Source: Mycobacterium sp. (GTDB taxonomy: Bacteria; Actinomycetota; Actinomycetes; Mycobacteriales; Mycobacteriaceae). From it: a stretch of DNA of 64,000 nt. The stretch lies in NCBI GenBank assembly GCA_044370595.1, contig JBILVF010000001.1; one strand, written 5' to 3'. Under the pieces are notes generated by a model. That model searched no databases, was not told the origin of the DNA, and saw only the letters and a program-made list of their open reading frames with translations. Shown piece by piece: positions 8,700 through 17,532 of the stretch (positions are counted from its first letter, which is position 1; each line of letters starts with the position of its first letter). A program made the position numbers and the translations under genes.

Positions 8700-9438
8700 G
8701 CAGGTGCAGTGGGAGCACCTGGACGTGAACGGTGGTACCACGCGCCCGGACGATGCGCCGTATCGACGCCCACAGGGAATCCTCTCCGAGGAAAGCAGTC
8801 GCGGTGGACGGACTGCCGTCCCGGTGGTGGTAGCTCAGACGCAGGGGTTGTACCGGTCGGACCGCGTCGATGGCGGCCTGGAACAGCGCGGGTCTGAAGT
8901 CACCGTGATCGGTGCCGCAATAGGTGGTGCCTTCCGGAAAGGCGACCACGGTGTGCCCGTTGCGCAGTCGGTCGACCACGGTGTCGACAACGGCGGGAAG
9001 CTGACGAAGGCTGGCCCGGTCGATGGGAATGACGCTGGCCATTCGCGCCGCGATGCCAACCGCCGGCCAGTCGAAGACATCGGCACGCGCCACGAAAGAG
9101 CCCGGTAGTACTGCTCCGATCGCGAAGATGTCGACCCAGGACACGTGGTTGCTGACGACCAGCATGCCCCGAAGATTGCGGATGGGGTCCCCGGAGAGGG
9201 TGAATCGGATGCCCAGGCATCCCAGCAGGGTCCGGCAGTAGAACCGCTGCGCGTGAGGCCGCCACGGCAGCGGGAGGGCGAGCACGGGCAGCGTCGTCAC
9301 AATCAGCCCGGCGGCGACGATCCGCCGGGCGGCCCGGATCGCGGCCACCAGGCGATGGTCGGGCTCACCGAGCCCGGCACGCACACATTCCGGTGTGCAC
9401 GACGTCTTCGGCAGCCAGGCATGCTCGGTCGCGGTCAC
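8626..9438 (-). CDS. Lysophospholipid acyltransferase, OlsA-like (Rv3026c-like)
   Basis: SNHVSWVD (HX4D) and FPEGTT motifs; start overlaps upstream GNAT stop. Confidence 0.85.
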   Translation of the reverse strand: MTATEHAWLPKTSCTPECVRAGLGEPDHRLVAAIRAARRIVAAGLIVTTLPVLALPLPWRPHAQRFYCRTLLGCLGIRFTLSGDPIRNLRGMLVVSNHVSWVDIFAIGAVLPGSFVARADVFDWPAVGIAARMASVIPIDRASLRQLPAVVDTVVDRLRNGHTVVAFPEGTTYCGTDHGDFRPALFQAAIDAVRPVQPLRLSYHHRDGSPSTATAFLGEDSLWASIRRIVRARGTTVHVQVLPLHLPRDGRGGLSALCHGAVHRQSVNGV

Positions 9439-10274
9439 CAGCGGTGCGTTCCCTGAGCGATCGCGGCGGCATGCTGACCTGCCGCAGCAGCAGACCGCAG
9501 CCGGGTGAGGAATCGCAGATCGACTCTGCGCTTGTCCAGAAGTGCGAGGAAGTCACCGACTCCGAACTGGGGATCGTGGGCGGGTTCACCGCAGATCTGT
9601 GCACCAAGCCGAAGGTAGCCACGCATCAGGGCGGGGATGGTCGTGCGTGCAGGCGGGTCGATGCTGTCAAGGGGGCGGCCTTCGAGTTGCACCGGCCGGT
9701 AGGGACGCACGGTGAACTCCGGGGCGGCCCCATGCCGCTGCAGGACCGCATCCCGGATTCCCCGAAGCTGACTCCCCGGCGGCCCCTCGGTGTGGGTGGG
9801 GACGGAGACGCAGCCGATGACGTAGTCGTAGCCGCAACGATCCAGGTAGGCCAGGATTCCGGTCCACATCATCAGAATCACCGCACCGTTGCGATGATCT
9901 GCACGCACCACGGCACGCCCCATCTCGACCGTGAAGGGCCGGAGCGCGTCCAGTGCGGAAATGTCGAATTCCCGCGCCGAGTAGAGTCCGCCTGCGGCGA
10001 TGGCGCCGGGCGGGGGCAGCATTCGATAGCAGCCCACAAGTTCACCGGTGTGGTCTTCGCGGACGATGAGGTGGTCGCAGTAGTCGTCGAAACAGTCGAT
10101 GTCGAGTTGGTCCTCATTGCGAAGCGTGAAGCCCGACTCGGTCGAGAACACTTCGTAACGGAGTCGCTGGGCGGCCAGGATGTGGCCGGGCTCGGACGTC
10201 AAGAGCAGGGTGTAGCGGGGATCGCGGTCGAATCTCGTTTGTTGCGGGGCGATGAGTACTGACGTTGCGCTCAC
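9435..10274 (-). CDS. GNAT N-acyltransferase, OlsB-like (Rv3027c-like)
   Basis: AAQRLRYEVF, D.FDDYCDHL, VGCYRML, EMGRAVV, LMRGYLRLGAQICGEPAHDPQFGVGD. Confidence 0.85.
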   Translation of the reverse strand: MSATSVLIAPQQTRFDRDPRYTLLLTSEPGHILAAQRLRYEVFSTESGFTLRNEDQLDIDCFDDYCDHLIVREDHTGELVGCYRMLPPPGAIAAGGLYSAREFDISALDALRPFTVEMGRAVVRADHRNGAVILMMWTGILAYLDRCGYDYVIGCVSVPTHTEGPPGSQLRGIRDAVLQRHGAAPEFTVRPYRPVQLEGRPLDSIDPPARTTIPALMRGYLRLGAQICGEPAHDPQFGVGDFLALLDKRRVDLRFLTRLRSAAAAGQHAAAIAQGTHRW

Positions 10275-10389
10275 AACCCGAACGATGTTCGGGTCAAATG
10301 TCTGTATCGAAACCGAACGATGTTGTGTCGGTGTACATAACGTTAATCATCGGAGCATCGCGCCCGCTTCGATGTCGGGCGGCGGAGCG

Positions 10390-11298
10390 TCAGGCCAACA
10401 GCGGGTAAACAAGACCGTCCACAGGCACCCCGGATAACGCGATCAGAACCAGTCGGCCCGAGTCGCCGGCCCGCCAGGGACCTTCGGTGCTGATGGTTCG
10501 CCGGGTGGCAACCCGATGGACCACCGTGCGTCGATCGGGCGACTCCTTCAGCTGGACAATGCCTTTCACGCGCAGCACCCCCTCCGGAAGCCCGTCCAGG
10601 AATCGTTCGAGCCGCGGCCGGTCGATGGGCTGTTCCAGCGGGACACTCACGGTGAGGTAGTCGTGGCCATGGTCGTGGGCGGTCGGTTCGATGCCCGGCA
10701 GGCCATCGTGGGCGAAGCCGGCCAGTGCCGACACCGGAACGTCGCCGTCGCGGGCATGAAGCACCGGCACACCCGGCGCGGACCGGGCCAGCCACTCATC
10801 GAGTTCAGCGAGTTGGGCGGCCGAGACCAGATCGGTCTTGTTGAGCACCAACACATCCGCAGCAGCGAGCTGGCGGCGGATGGTGCGGCCGACCACCGGA
10901 TGGCGCTCCCGGCGGCGCACCGTCTCGGCGTCCAGCAGCACCACGATCCCGTCCAGATCGAATCCGGGTGTCAGTGCGTGGTGGGAGATCGGGGCCGGGT
11001 CGGCGATACCGCTGGCTTCGATGACGACGTGATCCGGGGGGTCCTCGCGGTCGCGGACCGACCACAGTGCCGTCATGAGGTCACTGCCGATCATGCAACA
11101 CACGCACCCGTTGGTCAGCGTGATGGTGTCACCGTCGGCCGCGGCGATGAGGTCGCCGTCAATGCCGATGTTGCCGAAGTCGTTGACCAGCACGGCGATC
11201 CGGCGCCCTACCGTCTGACGAAGCACCCGGTTGAGCAATGTCGTCTTTCCCGAACCGAGGTATCCGCCGATCACCGTGACGGGGATCGACGGCTTCAC
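10390..11298 (-). CDS. COG0523/CobW family metallochaperone GTPase
   Basis: GGYLGSGKTT, VNDFG, GCVCC, EASG, NKTD, RVKG C-terminal domain; GTG 11298 overlaps upstream TGA (GTGA). Confidence 0.9.
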   Translation of the reverse strand: MKPSIPVTVIGGYLGSGKTTLLNRVLRQTVGRRIAVLVNDFGNIGIDGDLIAAADGDTITLTNGCVCCMIGSDLMTALWSVRDREDPPDHVVIEASGIADPAPISHHALTPGFDLDGIVVLLDAETVRRRERHPVVGRTIRRQLAAADVLVLNKTDLVSAAQLAELDEWLARSAPGVPVLHARDGDVPVSALAGFAHDGLPGIEPTAHDHGHDYLTVSVPLEQPIDRPRLERFLDGLPEGVLRVKGIVQLKESPDRRTVVHRVATRRTISTEGPWRAGDSGRLVLIALSGVPVDGLVYPLLA

Positions 11299-12944
11299 CG
11301 GCGTGCGGCCTGAAACACCTCGCCGCCCACCACGGTGCCCCACACCTCGATGTCGCGGATCCCCATCGGTTCGACGTCGAGTGGGGAGTCTTTGAGCGCT
11401 GCGAAATCGGCATACTTGCCAGCCTCGATGGAACCGATCTCGTGATCCATGTGCAACTGGAAGGCAGCACCGAGGGTGGCCGCGTGCAGCGCCTCGTACG
11501 GGGTGATCTTCTCGTACTCGCCGAGCACCCGGCCGCTGGGAGTGATGCGGTTGACCGCGCACCACATCGTCATCAGGTGGCCCACCGGGGTGACACCGGA
11601 GTCGGTGTGGAACGACAACGGCACGCCCGAGTTCAACGCCGTGCGGCACGCCCACATCCCACGGGTCCGCTCGGGGCCCATGGTGAGTTCATAGTGCTGG
11701 TCACCCCAATACCAGATGTGGTTGGTGAAGATGTTGGCGCAGATACCCAGCCGACCCATCCGGCGGTACTGGGCGGCGGTGGTCATCTGGGAGTGCTGCA
11801 CGACGTGGCGGTGATCCAGCCAGGCATCGGTGCGCAGCACCTCCTCGACGGCGTCGATGAAGATCTGCCCGGCGCCGTTGCCGTTGCAGTGGCAGTGCAC
11901 ATTGAGCTTGCGGGCATGAAACGCCCGAACGGCGGCCAACATGTCCTCCGGGGAGAACATCAGCAGCCCGTGGTCCTCGCCGGTGAAGTAGCCGGGCTCG
12001 TTGACCACCGCGGTCCAGCCCTGGATCGAACCGTCGGCGACCAGTTTGATACCGGGGGCACGCAGTTTGTCGGATTCGATCTCACGCAACCTCAGCGCGG
12101 CGTCGGCCACCGCGTTGTAGTCCACGGTGCTGCCCGGCATCACCGGCAGGTTGTAGAGCACCATTCGAGCCGGGAACGTCGGCGCGTTGACCGTGTCCTG
12201 CCAGACCTTCACCTGATCCGGCGCGATCAGGAGCATTCCGATGAGTTCGGTGGACGTCGTCACCCCGGCATTGCGGCACATCGCCGCATGGATCTCGATC
12301 GGCCTCGGTCCGAGGCTGGCGGCCATCAGCTTGTCGAACGCCGACTTGGCCAGGGTCATGGCCGGAGCCTCCTGAAGCTCGCCGTTGAGTTCACCGTCGG
12401 CGTCGCGGCCGATGCCCGGCGTCGGCGAATCTTTGGTGATGCCCTCCGCCTGCAGCAGCGCGGTGTTCACCGTCGCCAGATGTCCGCTGGCGTGCCGGAC
12501 GAAAACCGGCCGGACAGTGGAGACCTGATCCAGTTCGCGCCTGGACAGCCGCGGCAGATGCGGGAAGTAAATCGGGTCGAATCCGTTGGCCACCAGAGGT
12601 TCTCCCGGCGGCAGGACGGAGTCTTGAGCCTTCAGACGTTCGATGAGGTCCTCATAGCTGCGGATGGGTGTGGTGGCCCGGCCGTCCGACAGCGGGTAAG
12701 GGTGGTAGCCGACGTAGGGCATGAGTTCGCTGGCACTGTCAGCGGTATGGCCGTGGGCTTCGACGAAGCCGGGGATCAGGACGTGGTCGGCGAAGCGGTC
12801 GTCGACCTCCGCCGGTCCCCAGGACTGGCATTCCGCCAGGCTGCCAGCACATACGATCCGGCCCTCTCGCACCGCGACCGCCTGAACCTCCGGGTTGGCC
12901 GGATTCATGGTGACGACTTTGCGGGCCGTGAAAATCGTGGTCAC
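11295..12944 (-). CDS. Metal-dependent amidohydrolase (Amidohydro_3/YtcJ-like)
   Basis: PGFVEAHGH, KLVADGSIQG, HCNGN, QHSQ, GSIEAGKYADF. Confidence 0.9.
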   Translation of the reverse strand: MTTIFTARKVVTMNPANPEVQAVAVREGRIVCAGSLAECQSWGPAEVDDRFADHVLIPGFVEAHGHTADSASELMPYVGYHPYPLSDGRATTPIRSYEDLIERLKAQDSVLPPGEPLVANGFDPIYFPHLPRLSRRELDQVSTVRPVFVRHASGHLATVNTALLQAEGITKDSPTPGIGRDADGELNGELQEAPAMTLAKSAFDKLMAASLGPRPIEIHAAMCRNAGVTTSTELIGMLLIAPDQVKVWQDTVNAPTFPARMVLYNLPVMPGSTVDYNAVADAALRLREIESDKLRAPGIKLVADGSIQGWTAVVNEPGYFTGEDHGLLMFSPEDMLAAVRAFHARKLNVHCHCNGNGAGQIFIDAVEEVLRTDAWLDHRHVVQHSQMTTAAQYRRMGRLGICANIFTNHIWYWGDQHYELTMGPERTRGMWACRTALNSGVPLSFHTDSGVTPVGHLMTMWCAVNRITPSGRVLGEYEKITPYEALHAATLGAAFQLHMDHEIGSIEAGKYADFAALKDSPLDVEPMGIRDIEVWGTVVGGEVFQAARR

Positions 12945-12966
12945 GGCTCCCGAATCTAGGCCAGAG

Positions 12967-14097
12967 TCAGTCGTCGAGGGTGCGGAACAGCCGCTCGGCG
13001 GCGTTGACGTAGTCCTCGATGAACTCCAGGACCACCTCCCGGGCGGGTTTGATCTTGTTCATCAGACCGACACCCTGACCGACCCAGTAGGTGGACAGCG
13101 CCTGGGCGCCGGGGTGCCCGCCCTCGGCGAGCTTGTCGATGCGGCGCAACGCCGGTTCGGCGATCATCGCCTGCAGCGGCAGTGGCAACGGTTGGCGGCC
13201 TTTCGGACTGGGCGCCCAGGCGTCGGTCCAGTCCGACCGCAACTGCCGCGACGGCTTTCCGGTTCGGCCGGCCGAGCGGACGGTGTCCCGCGAGGACGCC
13301 GCGAGCATCTTCTGCTTGGTGAACGGAGCGGTCTCAGCCTCGTCGGTGGTCAACCACACCGAACCGGTCCACGCTCCCGCGGCGCCCATCGCCACACAGG
13401 CCGCCATCTGCCGGCCGGTGACGATGCCACCGGCGGCGAGCACCGGCACGTCCTTACCGCCGGGGATCTCGGCGATGGCGTCGAGCACCTCCGGGATGAG
13501 CACCAGCGTCGTCACCTCGCCGCAGTGCCCGCCGGCCTCGGTGCCCTGGACCACGATGAGGTCGACACCCGCCTGAACCTGCTTGATGGCATGTTCCTTG
13601 GCGCCGACCAGAGCAGCGACCGGAATCCCGCGTTCCTTGCCGGCCTCGATCATGTAATCCGGCGGCACGCCCAGCGCATTGGCCATCATCGCGATCGGAT
13701 GGTTGAGCGCAACGTCGAGTAATCCCTTGCCGGTGTCTCCACCGAGTGCGGAGGAACCCACTCGCAGTTCCTCGGCCTCGATGTCGTGTGCCTGGAGAAG
13801 TTCGTTGATGAAGTCCCGGTACTCCGCCGGGATACGTTCGGCCAACTGGTCGCGCGTGAGATTTTCGCCCTTGCCCTCGTACTTGGCCGGAACGATGATG
13901 TCCACGCCGTAGGGCTTGCCGTTGACGTGCTCGTCGATCCAGGTCAGTTCCTGCTCGAGTTGGTCGGGCCGAAACGCCACGCCGCCCAGAACGCCGAACC
14001 CGCCCGCGTTGGTCACCGCGGCAACCACGTCGCGGCAGTGACTGAAGGCGAACAGCGGGAACTCGATGCCGAACCGGTCACAAATCTCTGTCTTCAC
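12967..14097 (-). CDS. Nitronate monooxygenase-family FMN oxidoreductase (Rv1894c-like)
   Basis: FAFSHCRDVVAAV, QGTEAGGHCG, AAGGI; GTG 14097 chosen. Confidence 0.85.
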   Translation of the reverse strand: MKTEICDRFGIEFPLFAFSHCRDVVAAVTNAGGFGVLGGVAFRPDQLEQELTWIDEHVNGKPYGVDIIVPAKYEGKGENLTRDQLAERIPAEYRDFINELLQAHDIEAEELRVGSSALGGDTGKGLLDVALNHPIAMMANALGVPPDYMIEAGKERGIPVAALVGAKEHAIKQVQAGVDLIVVQGTEAGGHCGEVTTLVLIPEVLDAIAEIPGGKDVPVLAAGGIVTGRQMAACVAMGAAGAWTGSVWLTTDEAETAPFTKQKMLAASSRDTVRSAGRTGKPSRQLRSDWTDAWAPSPKGRQPLPLPLQAMIAEPALRRIDKLAEGGHPGAQALSTYWVGQGVGLMNKIKPAREVVLEFIEDYVNAAERLFRTLDD

Positions 14098-14130
14098 GCA
14101 GTCCAGTATGGACACGGGCGTGACCAGTCG

Positions 14131-14907
14131 TTACGGCAGGTCGAAGGGAAGCTCCACACCCTCATGGGCCAGGCAGTGCGTGCAGACGCGTTCGGCTCTC
14201 ACCCCGTCGATGGCGCGGTGCACCAACTCCTTGAACGGGCCGATGTTGCGCTCGAACTCCCCGAAAACGTCGACGGCGCGAACCCCCGCCCCGACCGTCA
14301 CCCCGGCGTCGATATCGGTCACCAAGGCGATTGCGGCGTAACACATTTCCAGTTCCCGGGCCAGCACAGCCTCGGGATATCCGGTCATGTTCACCAGCGT
14401 GAAACCCTGCCGGGCGAACCACTGACTTTCCGCGCGAGTGGAGAACCGCGGCCCCTGCACCACCACCATGGTGCCGCCGTCGACCACCCCGGGCTGGGCT
14501 GCGGCGACCGCGCGCAGCGTCGGGCAGTACGGGTCGGCGAATTCGACGTGGATGCCGCCGGAATCGAAGTAGGTGTCGGGGCGGCCGCGGGTGCGGTCCA
14601 CGAGTTGGTCGGGGACCACGACCGCGCCGGGGCCCAACTCGGCGGTGAGGCTGCCGACCGCGCACGGCCCGAACACTCTGCGCACCCCCAGCGCCCGTAG
14701 CGCCCACATGTTGGGGCGGTACGGCACGGTGTGCGGGGAGAACTCGTGGCTGCGACCGTGCCGGGGCAGGAAGGCGACCTCGTGGCAGCCCACCCGCCCG
14801 ACCGTGATCGGTGCGCTCGGCGGCCCGTAGGGCGTATCCACGGTGACGCTGCGCGCATCCCTGCCGAAGAAGGAGTAGAAGCCGCTTCCGCCGATCACGC
14901 CGATCAT
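14131..14907 (-). CDS. mtaP: S-methyl-5'-thioadenosine phosphorylase (Rv0535-like)
   Basis: IGVIGGSG, FLPRHG, GPRFSTRAES, VNMTGYPE; alternative start 14925. Confidence 0.92.
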   Translation of the reverse strand: MIGVIGGSGFYSFFGRDARSVTVDTPYGPPSAPITVGRVGCHEVAFLPRHGRSHEFSPHTVPYRPNMWALRALGVRRVFGPCAVGSLTAELGPGAVVVPDQLVDRTRGRPDTYFDSGGIHVEFADPYCPTLRAVAAAQPGVVDGGTMVVVQGPRFSTRAESQWFARQGFTLVNMTGYPEAVLARELEMCYAAIALVTDIDAGVTVGAGVRAVDVFGEFERNIGPFKELVHRAIDGVRAERVCTHCLAHEGVELPFDLP

Positions 14908-15063
14908 CCCTGCATTGTCGGGCACTAGGCTCCTTCGAATGTTCCGGATCGGCACGGCGATTGTCCTGGGCCTCTGCGCCGCAGTGGCGGTCGGGGTGAC
15001 CCGCAACCTGACCACCCGGCGGATGGCCAGCACCATCAACCTCGTCCTGGAACTGGCCGTCTG

Positions 15064-15936
15064 ATGGCAACCATCGCCCAGTGGGTCGAGGGGGCACGGC
15101 CGCGGACCCTGCCCAACGCCGTCGCCCCGGTCATCGCAGGCACCGGCGCCGCGGCATGGCTCGGGTCGGCGGTGTGGTGGAAAGCGTCACTGGCGCTGGC
15201 GGTTTCGCTGGCGTTGATCGTCGGTGTGAACTACGCCAACGACTACTCCGACGGGATCCGCGGCACCGACGACGAGCGGGCCGGTCCGCTGCGACTGGTG
15301 GGCTCGAAACTGGCCGCACCCCGGGCTGTGCTGACCGCCGCGCTGGTGAGCCTGGGCGTCGCGGCGGTGGCCGGCGTCGCGCTGGCACTGCTCACCGCGC
15401 CGTGGCTGATCGGCGTGGGGCTGCTGTGCATCGCGGGGGCATGGCTGTACACCGGGGGATCACGACCCTACGGATACGCCGGTTTCGGCGAGATCGCCGT
15501 CTTCGTGTTCTTCGGTCTGGTGGCGGTGTTGGGCACCCAGTACGCCCAGGCGTTGCGGGCAGACTGGGTGGGGGTGGCCGCCGCGGTCGCCGTCGGGGCG
15601 ATGTCCTCGGCGGTGCTGGTGGCCAACAATCTTCGGGACATCCCGACCGACCGGGTGGCCGGCAAGATGACGCTGGCGGTGCGCCTCGGCGATACGCGGA
15701 CCCGGATGCTCTACCTGTCGCTGCTCGGGGTCGCCGCGGTGATGACGGTGGTTTTGATGCGGGCCACCCCGTGGTGCGGGCTGGGCTTCCTGTCGTTGCC
15801 ACTGGCGGTGCGGGCCGCCAGGCCGATCCGCACCGGAAAGGGTGGACGTGAGCTGATCCCGGTACTGCGCGACACCGGCCTGACCATGCTCGTGTGGTCG
15901 ATCGCGGTGGCCGCCGCTCTGGCGGCTGCCGGCTGA
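15064..15936 (+). CDS. menA: 1,4-dihydroxy-2-naphthoate polyprenyltransferase
   Basis: [29 protein letters not shown]. Confidence 0.95.
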   Translation: MATIAQWVEGARPRTLPNAVAPVIAGTGAAAWLGSAVWWKASLALAVSLALIVGVNYANDYSDGIRGTDDERAGPLRLVGSKLAAPRAVLTAALVSLGVAAVAGVALALLTAPWLIGVGLLCIAGAWLYTGGSRPYGYAGFGEIAVFVFFGLVAVLGTQYAQALRADWVGVAAAVAVGAMSSAVLVANNLRDIPTDRVAGKMTLAVRLGDTRTRMLYLSLLGVAAVMTVVLMRATPWCGLGFLSLPLAVRAARPIRTGKGGRELIPVLRDTGLTMLVWSIAVAAALAAAG

Positions 15937-15952
15937 CCAAGGCCGCGCAGCC

Positions 15953-16261
15953 TTACTCCGGTTTCTCGCCGCGCAGCCTGGCTTCCAACTGCTCGCGGTC
16001 GCGGCGGCGGCGCTCGTCCACCTCGGCGATACCCTCGGTGGCCCGCCGCCGCAGCGGAGCCAGCACCCAGATACCCAGCGGCAGCGCGATCACGATCGCG
16101 AACAGCACCGCCACCGCGAGCGGGACCTGGACGCCGATCAGCTGCGCCACGAAGTAGATCCCCGCGGTGAGGATGGCGACGAGGCCCAGCCGGGCCAGCG
16201 TGTAGACGACGATGTCGCGCACCATGCGGCCGGTGCTGCCGCCTGCCTGATTTTCCGTCAC
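15953..16261 (-). CDS. DUF4229 membrane protein (Rv0531-like)
   Basis: YTLARLGL...PLRRRATEGIAEVDERRR...ARLRGE; start trimmed from ORF track. Confidence 0.8.
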   Translation of the reverse strand: MTENQAGGSTGRMVRDIVVYTLARLGLVAILTAGIYFVAQLIGVQVPLAVAVLFAIVIALPLGIWVLAPLRRRATEGIAEVDERRRRDREQLEARLRGEKPE

Positions 16262-16312
16262 GGCGGGAAGCCTACCGACGCGCGTATATTCGCAACCAAG
16301 GAGGTTTTCTGC

Positions 16313-16474
16313 GTGGTCTACCTGCTGCTCATCCTCGTCGCCGCCGCACTGGCTTATGTCGCCCTGCGGGCGATCCGCGCCCGGGCCAATCGGCCCACGC
16401 CGCGTGTCATCGGACCCGATGACGACCCGGACTTCCTGTGGCGGCTCAGCCACGGGGACAACAATCCGGGCTGA
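16313..16474 (+). CDS. 53-aa membrane protein (Rv0530A-like), absent from ORF track
   Basis: AAGGAGG RBS at 16298-16304; MVYLLLILVAAALAYVALR...RVIGPDDDPDFLWRLSHGDNNPG. Confidence 0.85.
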   Translation: MVYLLLILVAAALAYVALRAIRARANRPTPRVIGPDDDPDFLWRLSHGDNNPG

Positions 16475-16502
16475 ACGCGTCCGCCGCCAGGCGCGGCAGC
16501 GG

Positions 16503-17516
16503 TCAGCTCACTCCCGCGTAGGAGTGCAGACCGACGGTCACCAGGTTGATGAAGAACAGGTTGAACACCATTGCGGCGAACCCGGCGATGTTGATCCACG
16601 CCGCTTTTTTGTCCCGCCAACCCGCCGTCGAGCGGGCATGCAGGTACGCCGCGTAGATCACCCAGGCGATGAACGACACCGTCTCCTTGGGGTCCCAACC
16701 CCAGTAGCGGCCCCATGCCTCCTCGGCCCAGATGGCCCCGAAGATGACGCCGAACCCGAAGACCGGGAAGGCGAAGATGGTGGTGCGGTAGGCGATGCGA
16801 TCCAGCGTCTGGGCGTCGGGCAACTTGGCCACGATGCCGGCCCAGGCGCCGTGCGCATCCGGCGCGGCGAACCGCGACATCTTGAGCAGGAACAGGATGC
16901 TGGCCACGCCGGCGACGAGGAACACTCCAGAGCCCAGGCTGACCACCGAGACGTGGATCGGCAGCCAGTAGGACTGCAGCGCGGGCATCACCGGTGCAGC
17001 GTGGGTGTAGAGCCACTTACCGGAAACCGTCAGCAGGACCAACACCGGCACCAGGACGAAGACCCACAGCGCCCGGTACTGCGGTTTACGCAAGACCACT
17101 GCCGCGGCAACCAGACCGCAGAAGCAGGTCAGGTTGATGAACTCGTACATGTTGCCCCACGGCGCCCGATGGGTGGCCAAGCCGCGCAGCACGATGCAGG
17201 CCAGCAGCAGCAGGACGCCGAGGTAGACCAGACTGAGTCCGGCCTTGCCGACCCGTTCGGACAACGGCGGCGCGGGGGTTTCGGCGACCACGCCGGGGCC
17301 CTCGTCCGTCGTTTTTTGGTCGGCCAGGTCCACGCCGCCGGTGGTGCCCGACACCGGAGCCGTGGCGGCAACCAGTTCACGCTCGTGGACCCGGCGGGAG
17401 CGACTGGAGGCGAGTTCGACCGCCAGCAGCAGCAGGGCCAGAACCAGGACGACGACTGATGCGGTGAAGGCCCAGTCCGAGAACCGGGCCAGACCGAGGT
17501 CGATATCGGTATTCAT
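16503..17516 (-). CDS. ccsA: Cytochrome c biogenesis protein CcsA/CcsB (system II)
   Basis: WWD domain GAIWAEEAWGRYWGWDPKET. Confidence 0.95.
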   Translation of the reverse strand: MNTDIDLGLARFSDWAFTASVVVLVLALLLLAVELASSRSRRVHERELVAATAPVSGTTGGVDLADQKTTDEGPGVVAETPAPPLSERVGKAGLSLVYLGVLLLLACIVLRGLATHRAPWGNMYEFINLTCFCGLVAAAVVLRKPQYRALWVFVLVPVLVLLTVSGKWLYTHAAPVMPALQSYWLPIHVSVVSLGSGVFLVAGVASILFLLKMSRFAAPDAHGAWAGIVAKLPDAQTLDRIAYRTTIFAFPVFGFGVIFGAIWAEEAWGRYWGWDPKETVSFIAWVIYAAYLHARSTAGWRDKKAAWINIAGFAAMVFNLFFINLVTVGLHSYAGVS

Positions 17517-17532
17517 GCGCGATCCGCCTTCG

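Noticed and set aside
10277-10293. CCCGAAC-GAT-GTTCGGG as a LexA SOS box
   Set aside because: Spacer is 3 nt, not the 4 nt of TCGAAC-N4-GTTCGA; regulator unknown
11299-11655. N-terminal extension of the CobW ORF in the track (also long extensions on proC, hemD, mshA, the Cu-ATPase and the NifU-like ORF)
   Set aside because: Extensions overlap upstream genes; coupled downstream starts fit the family N-termini better
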